Of a DNA stretch of 20,000 bases, positions 15,339 through 20,000 are shown in pieces. Origin of the DNA: an uncultured virus (IMG/VR IMGVR_UViG_3300031715_000005) (lineage: Duplodnaviria > Heunggongvirae > Uroviricota > Caudoviricetes). Each line of letters begins with the position of its first letter. Positions within the stretch are counted from its first letter, which is position 1. The position numbers were made by a program, and so were the translations under genes. The notes below the pieces were generated by a model that worked only from the letters and a program-made list of their open reading frames with translations, did not search any database and was not told the origin of the DNA. The stretch lies in the IMG/VR virus record IMGVR_UViG_3300031715_000005. One strand, 5' to 3'.

Positions 15339-15809
15339 ATGGCAAGTGACAGCGGGAGCGGGCAGGCGAGCCTAACACAGAACCAGTTATCCGACGCGCT
15401 TCTCAAAGCAAGAGAAGCAGGGGTTCCATTTTACATAGGCTGGCAGACATCGTTACTCAAGCATATCAACGCCGCTCTCGCCTCCGCGCCAGCCGTGGAC
15501 CGGGCGGGAGTGTTGACGGTGCAGCAAGTGAAGAAGGCCAAACCAGATACGGTAAAGTTCATGGCCGATAACGTAGCGGGACATCTGGACGAAGATATTC
15601 TGCTGACGATTGCGCTCAACGCTGCCCAATCCCACTCACGGGCGGGAGTGTTGACGGCTGAACAGGTGCAAAAAGCCATTTTGAAATACCTTGCGCCAAT
15701 TTTAGAGCACGGTATCGTGACCCTCCTGGAGTGCAAAGATGTTACTGATGACCTGAACGATGCCCTCGGATTCCTTCGAAGGGACGGCAAGCGGGGTGCC
15801 GAAAGCTGA
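15339..15809 (+). CDS. Hypothetical protein built from three ~46-aa modules
   Basis: GAGGAGG RBS. Repeated LTxxQ...(I/L)NxA units. GTG 15336 is an alternative start. Confidence 0.7.
   Translation: MASDSGSGQASLTQNQLSDALLKAREAGVPFYIGWQTSLLKHINAALASAPAVDRAGVLTVQQVKKAKPDTVKFMADNVAGHLDEDILLTIALNAAQSHSRAGVLTAEQVQKAILKYLAPILEHGIVTLLECKDVTDDLNDALGFLRRDGKRGAES
15501..15657 (+). repeat. 19-bp direct repeat with 138-bp spacing
   Basis: CGGGCGGGAGTGTTGACGG at 15501-15519 and 15639-15657. Confidence 0.9.
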
Positions 15810-16074
15810 GAGTGTTGGCGTGCACGAACACGTTGCCGCTTTAGAAGCGCCAGACGGCAGCACCTATTGTATCTGTGGATTCCTGATGTTCGGCCCGCGC
15901 AAAACGATTGAGAAGCCTGCCCGAGCCGACGCCGGGAAGGAGTTACGGGCGAAGGTCAAGGACTTACCGCAGATTCGTTACGTTGCGAGCGGAGACGACA
16001 CAGAGCCAAGCGGATATTACGTACCGCTCGACGCCGTGCTCGCGCTTCTCAGCGAGGGGAAGGGAAACAGCTAA
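15760..16074 (+). CDS. Hypothetical protein (start uncertain, possibly GTG about 15796)
   Basis: Fills the gap. Contains HEH...CICG and a C-terminal YVPLDAVLALL segment. Confidence 0.55.
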   Translation: MPSDSFEGTASGVPKAESVGVHEHVAALEAPDGSTYCICGFLMFGPRKTIEKPARADAGKELRAKVKDLPQIRYVASGDDTEPSGYYVPLDAVLALLSEGKGNS

Positions 16075-16075
16075 A

Positions 16076-16489
16076 TTGCCGACAGTCTTAAAAGCTCTGG
16101 AGTTCTATCGGAAAGCTGTTGCCGAAGGAAAGGGCGACATGCACACCGGCCATCCTTTCATTGCGGAGGATGAAGCACAGGCACGCGAGAGAAACGAGCA
16201 AGACCCGATCACCAAAAAACGGAAAACAAAAATCGCGTTTGATTCACAAGATGGTGATTCCTACATGGAGTGGCACAAAGAGCGAAAACGATGGATGGAC
16301 AGGGCTCAGGGGAATCCTACGCTTTCTACCGATGCAATGATTGTCCGGCTCAGACAATGCAGTGATCGGCAAATTGATGAGATTATCGCCAAACTCGGAG
16401 AAGCCAAAGCGATGCTAGAACGGGAAAAGGTGCTGCAAGAAAATTCAGCGGTGCCTCGTGCGGTGATCCCGAAGGGAGGATTCGATTGA
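16076..16489 (+). CDS. Hypothetical protein (137 aa)
   Basis: Start revised from 15908 to TTG 16076, just after the upstream stop, with a GGGAAGGG RBS. Confidence 0.65.
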   Translation: MPTVLKALEFYRKAVAEGKGDMHTGHPFIAEDEAQARERNEQDPITKKRKTKIAFDSQDGDSYMEWHKERKRWMDRAQGNPTLSTDAMIVRLRQCSDRQIDEIIAKLGEAKAMLEREKVLQENSAVPRAVIPKGGFD

Positions 16490-16692
16490 TTTGCAAAAAT
16501 TGCGGGAAGGATGTGTACGAGAATCTCACCGGGGAGTGCATGGACTGTTATTCGAAGCATCTGCAATCGGATTCCTGGCGCGCGGCGATGCGCGCGGATA
16601 TCAAAACCATAGTAATTGTGCTTTTGGGAGGAGCGGCACTCTTCCTATTGTGCAAGGGATATCTCTTGGTGAAAGGAATGGCGGGATGGTAG
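16486..16692 (+). CDS. Small CxxC...CxxC zinc-finger protein with a C-terminal TM helix
   Basis: TTGA overlap and GGAGG RBS. CKNC...CMDC, then IVIVLLGGAALFLL. Confidence 0.7.
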   Translation: MICKNCGKDVYENLTGECMDCYSKHLQSDSWRAAMRADIKTIVIVLLGGAALFLLCKGYLLVKGMAGW

Positions 16693-16934
16693 AACAGCGA
16701 GTAATCCAGCGGGAAAGATTGCTGTCGTTCCTGGACAGTCGAAAGGGAGTGTGGGTGTCACTGCCTCAGATCCTCGCGCTTGGAATCGCGCAGTACGGGG
16801 CTAGAATTTTCGAGCTACGCCATACGTTCAAGAAAAACATTCAGGTGAAGATCGAGAACGTCGGCCGCGAACGACATACGTATTATCGGCTCATGGATGG
16901 GGAGTGGGATTCGCATGGTCAAACTAGTTTTTAA
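16686..16934 (+). CDS. Winged helix-turn-helix protein (82 aa)
   Basis: Start revised to ATG 16686. WVSLPQI...IAQYGARIFELR...I...YYRL is a wHTH-type pattern. Confidence 0.7.
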   Translation: MVEQRVIQRERLLSFLDSRKGVWVSLPQILALGIAQYGARIFELRHTFKKNIQVKIENVGRERHTYYRLMDGEWDSHGQTSF

Positions 16935-17025
16935 CGCGGGAACGCTCTTTGCGATTCTTTCCTATTGGTTCTACTGGCGGCATTGGCGCCAAGAAAAGAA
17001 AGATAAAGAAAAAATCAAGGAGTAG
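16915..17025 (+). CDS. 36-aa membrane peptide, not in the ORF track
   Basis: GGGAG upstream. MVKLVFNAGTLFAILSYWFYWRHWRQEKKDKEKIKE*. Ends 2 nt before the next start. Confidence 0.5.
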   Translation: MVKLVFNAGTLFAILSYWFYWRHWRQEKKDKEKIKE

Positions 17026-17027
17026 TC

Positions 17028-17357
17028 ATGGGCGAGCTGTGGTTCCGTTGTTCAAGGGGAACGTGGATCGGAGAGAAGGCGAGCGCATCGGGATCGTGCC
17101 CTTTCTGTGCGAATCCGGCTCTGGCAATTGATATCGCGCAGCATTGGGCGGATGTGGGTGGAGTTGAGCGCGGAGAGTACTCCTGGCCTTCCTACAAGAA
17201 AAAGCCAGCGCCGGCGGATTGGAAGCCACGGCCACATCCAGGATTTGGAGAGATGTGGGTGTGGGCCCTTGCGCAGAATCGCTGCTTCAATCACATGGTT
17301 CATCTGAAACATTCATATAAAAAAAATACTGGAATCGAGGTGGACATTGAGCCCTGA
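17028..17357 (+). CDS. Hypothetical protein, possibly Zn-binding (CPFC...CxxHxxH)
   Basis: AAGGAG RBS, Cys/His motifs and tight gene packing. Confidence 0.65.
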   Translation: MGELWFRCSRGTWIGEKASASGSCPFCANPALAIDIAQHWADVGGVERGEYSWPSYKKKPAPADWKPRPHPGFGEMWVWALAQNRCFNHMVHLKHSYKKNTGIEVDIEP

Positions 17358-17517
17358 AAATGAGAAGTCGTTGGTTGGAGCGGCGGAAAAATTTGCCGAT
17401 GCAGTAAGTCGGTTTGTAGATTTATGTGAGCGAGTGGAGAAGAAGATTCTTGAGGAAATGGCGAAGTCCGAGGAAAACAAAAAGAAGATGCGCGAAGCGA
17501 TGAACCGTGGAAGATGA
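17347..17517 (+). CDS. 56-aa helical hypothetical protein, not in the ORF track
   Basis: GAGGTGG RBS and TTG start. MSPENEKSLVGAAEKFADAVSRFVDLCERVEKKILEEM...GR*. ATGA overlap with the next gene. Confidence 0.6.
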   Translation: MSPENEKSLVGAAEKFADAVSRFVDLCERVEKKILEEMAKSEENKKKMREAMNRGR

Positions 17518-17807
17518 AGCTTCTCTTCAAATTCGTATGCGCGTCTAGGTGCGAAGGGTGCGGAGCTAGAAACGTGTACGTGGATGACAAGCGGCTCGCG
17601 TGTTTCTTCTGCCTCGGTCGAACGGTCCCTTTTGAGGTCCGCAAGATGGAGTTCGTAAAAAGCTTTCGAGAGGCTCTGGAGGAAAAGTTAGTGACGCCGG
17701 CATATCGAGTCTACGGACTATCGCTTATCCAAGTGATCCACAAAAAATTGGACGAATTTAATTCTTTGAGCACATCCCTCTTGACAAAGTTACAAAAGCG
17801 GCAGTAA
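17514..17807 (+). CDS. Hypothetical Zn-ribbon protein
   Basis: CEGCG...CFFC, with translational coupling to the upstream gene. Confidence 0.65.
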   Translation: MKLLFKFVCASRCEGCGARNVYVDDKRLACFFCLGRTVPFEVRKMEFVKSFREALEEKLVTPAYRVYGLSLIQVIHKKLDEFNSLSTSLLTKLQKRQ

Positions 17808-17820
17808 CTATCAATCTCCA

Positions 17821-18555
17821 ATGAGAGAATCATACAAACCGACGAGCCGCAATTGGGTGAAGCTTTGGGTCAATGAGTTTCTTGATGGAACGACTCGTCT
17901 GGATATGACCGGGGCGCAGAGAGCTTTTTGGTGTGACCTTCTATGTCTAGGAGGTCGTTCGCGCATCCCTGGTGTCATTTGCTCCGGGGAAACAAACGGG
18001 AAAATCCTAGGCTTCCCGATTATCAAACTGAAGGCTCTGGCGCTGGAAGAAATTGATGTAGAACAGACCTTGAGGCTTTTTGTAGAAACAGGCAAGGTGG
18101 AGACTTCTTATTCGACGGCCGGCACCGTGAAGTTAGTGACTATCAAGATTTGCAAATGGGAGAAATACCAGTCGGAGTACCACCGACAAAAGAAGTATCG
18201 AGAGACTCGCGTCAAAAAAAACGGTAAGGTGACTAATAAAGTTACAAGCGAAAAAACGTCGAAGTTACCAGTAGAGGAAGAAGGAGATGTAGAAGTAGAG
18301 GGAGATGAGAGGCAGGGGAACATCGCCGCCGCCTTCTCTGTAATGAATTGTGAGCCTTATGGGCCAAAAGAGTTTCGAAGGATTTGGTTGGAGGAGTGGA
18401 CGGTGCCGGGGAATCCGTCGTTCGCGGATGCGATGGAGCGGGCGGCACAGAGATGCGCGAGTCTTAGGATCAAGGTGCCTGGGAGATTCTTCGCACACAA
18501 GCGGGAGATCGAGAAAATCGAGGCGGAGAAAAATTACGAGAAAAAGCGACCATGA
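17821..18555 (+). CDS. Phage replication initiator / replisome organizer-like protein
   Basis: N-terminal WVKLWVNEFL...MTGAQRAFWCDLLCLGG, then I..WEKYQ...RQKKYRE, a low-complexity linker ending EEEGDVEVEG, and a C-terminal domain. This is the lambda-O-like architecture. Confidence 0.75.
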   Translation: MRESYKPTSRNWVKLWVNEFLDGTTRLDMTGAQRAFWCDLLCLGGRSRIPGVICSGETNGKILGFPIIKLKALALEEIDVEQTLRLFVETGKVETSYSTAGTVKLVTIKICKWEKYQSEYHRQKKYRETRVKKNGKVTNKVTSEKTSKLPVEEEGDVEVEGDERQGNIAAAFSVMNCEPYGPKEFRRIWLEEWTVPGNPSFADAMERAAQRCASLRIKVPGRFFAHKREIEKIEAEKNYEKKRP

Positions 18556-18947
18556 TCATTACGCTTCCAGACAAATCGGCGGGTATCAAAGGGCAAGGTG
18601 CCTGGATCAATGCGGACGGCTACATTCAGTTAACGAGAGTGCCGCATAGAAAAAAATACTACCATCGAGTCAAGGCAGCTCAGGCGATGGAGGCTAGTGG
18701 GTTGCAGCTTACGTCAGAAATGGAAGTGGATCATCTTTGCGGGAATCGGCAGTGTCCGTGTCCAAATTTCCATCTTTTAATTCTTCCTGCGTTTATGGCT
18801 GATAAATTAAACGCAGGGAAGAGGCCAAGATTCGGAGGCAAAAATCACATCGGAGTAGGAGGATCGGATGTTTCCAAAAATAGTACTGACGTACCGGGGT
18901 TGGACAGTGACTCAGATCGGAAAATGGTTTCACGCGAAGAAGGGTAG
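18552..18947 (+). CDS. HNH endonuclease-like protein (possibly degenerate)
   Basis: NADGYI...YYHRV...EVDHLCGNRQC..PNFHL. ATGA overlap. Confidence 0.7.
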   Translation: MIITLPDKSAGIKGQGAWINADGYIQLTRVPHRKKYYHRVKAAQAMEASGLQLTSEMEVDHLCGNRQCPCPNFHLLILPAFMADKLNAGKRPRFGGKNHIGVGGSDVSKNSTDVPGLDSDSDRKMVSREEG

Positions 18948-19056
18948 TGAAGGGCGCTGGATTTGGTGTACGGATTGGTTTCAAGCAACTGAATCCTTGA
19001 AACATTCGGAGGGACGCTTCCGGTATTTCTGGCTGGAAAGCATCTTGCCCGCATGA
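18868..19056 (+). CDS. Hypothetical protein (62 aa, Trp-rich)
   Basis: AGGAGG RBS, overlap with the HNH tail, and ATGA coupling downstream. Confidence 0.6.
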   Translation: MFPKIVLTYRGWTVTQIGKWFHAKKGSEGRWIWCTDWFQATESLKHSEGRFRYFWLESILPA

Positions 19057-19238
19057 AAGTTGACGGGAAGAAGTTGGAGTTGAAAGGCACGGTGGTCGAG
19101 AGCCGAATGACGAAGGGCGCGCTTTATATGGTGGATGAGCGCGGTCTAGCGAATTATCCGGGGATGTTCCAGAGTTTAGGATTGGATTGGGAAGTGGGGA
19201 CAAAGTTAAAAATCGTCATTGAGCCGGAGGAGCCATGA
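19053..19238 (+). CDS. Hypothetical small beta-rich protein (61 aa)
   Basis: ATGA overlaps at both ends. Ends in GTKLKIVIEP. Confidence 0.65.
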   Translation: MKVDGKKLELKGTVVESRMTKGALYMVDERGLANYPGMFQSLGLDWEVGTKLKIVIEPEEP

Positions 19239-19993
19239 AGCGAGGAATGTTTTTGGCCGTAGTTTTGATTCTCGTTGGTTGCGCTGGAAGAACGCCGCGA
19301 GCAGCTCTTCCACAGATCGGTGCGCCTCCGTATTGCGAGCATGGCGAGTGCCGGTGCGTCAATGACCATTATGTATTCAATGCGCTCACCGGACAGTGCG
19401 AACTGAACGCCGTTACAGTGCCGGGACATCCAGATCTTCATTTCGGTCCGGAACACTGGCAATGCGATGCGCAGAACAACTGCGAGCTGGTACGAAACTG
19501 GCTGGATAAAGACGGCAAGCCCGTACTCACACCCCTTGGCTGCTTCCTAGCAAAGACGCGGCTGACTTGGATTTTCGGAGATCAAGTGAGCATGTGCGAA
19601 AAGGAAGCAACGCCAATATTGACACCGATTCGTTTTCAACAGGGCGAAAAGCCAAACGTTGCTCATTCTCCAACGGAACCAGAGCTATCGTTTTCGGAAT
19701 TGGGAATTGGGACTCAGTTGGCGATGGTAGCGGACACGAATGGGAAAATGGAGTTGATTCTTGGGTGCGCGACGGCAGGATCAGACCCGGAGGACATTTA
19801 TGATTGCAAGTTGGCGCCGGGACATACATTGACGGAAGCTGTTTGTTTGATGGGGCGGACGTACAATCAGCAGTCCGAAATGTGCGAGGCCGAACGGCGA
19901 AGAATTTTGGAAAGGTGGAAGAAAAGCCTTGAGGATATTCAGAAAGCTCTGAAAAAACAGAGCTATCCGAAAGAGAACGGAGGAAAATGGTGA
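19235..19993 (+). CDS. Cys-rich predicted lipoprotein
   Basis: GGAGGAG RBS. Signal MKRGMFLAVVLILVG|C with lipobox LVGC. Many cysteines and a charged C-terminal helix. Confidence 0.75.
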   Translation: MKRGMFLAVVLILVGCAGRTPRAALPQIGAPPYCEHGECRCVNDHYVFNALTGQCELNAVTVPGHPDLHFGPEHWQCDAQNNCELVRNWLDKDGKPVLTPLGCFLAKTRLTWIFGDQVSMCEKEATPILTPIRFQQGEKPNVAHSPTEPELSFSELGIGTQLAMVADTNGKMELILGCATAGSDPEDIYDCKLAPGHTLTEAVCLMGRTYNQQSEMCEAERRRILERWKKSLEDIQKALKKQSYPKENGGKW

Positions 19994-20000
19994 AACGAAC

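Noticed and set aside
15501..15657. CRISPR mini-array or promoter repeat (the repeat contains TTGACG)
   Set aside because: There are only two 19-bp copies, the 119-nt interval is in-frame coding sequence, and I see no cas genes or matching -10 boxes.
19987..20000. Start of a further gene (ATG 19987 or GTG 19990 after GGAGG)
   Set aside because: Only a few codons lie inside the window, so it cannot be characterised.

Overview
This window looks like a segment of a dsDNA (pro)phage genome in the standard genetic code, with almost all genes on the + strand. Positions 1-8065 hold four fibre/adhesin-like genes. The three complete ones carry Sec-type signal peptides and paired cysteines, and two end in a shared GNxxVxGxVxV tail. 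Positions 8062-11611 form a membrane/lysis region: small transmembrane proteins, an apparently self-contained lipoprotein + papain-like protease cassette, a holin candidate, an M15 endolysin and a Pth2-like protein. A divergent promoter pair at about 11780-11850 drives a tiny Zn-finger gene (minus strand) and a probably leaderless ribbon-helix-helix gene. The early region continues with a coiled-coil protein, a highly base-paired ~300-nt intergenic element that I cannot assign to a known RNA family, a putative single-strand annealing protein, many Zn-binding microproteins (one interrupted by an in-frame TGA), a replication initiator with iteron-like repeats, an HNH nuclease and a Cys-rich lipoprotein. 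The two best novelty candidates are the structured RNA next to the recombination gene and the set of exported fibre-like proteins with a common C-terminal tag. An Acidobacteria-like host is only a weak inference from domain style. All family calls come from motif recognition by eye; no searches were run.
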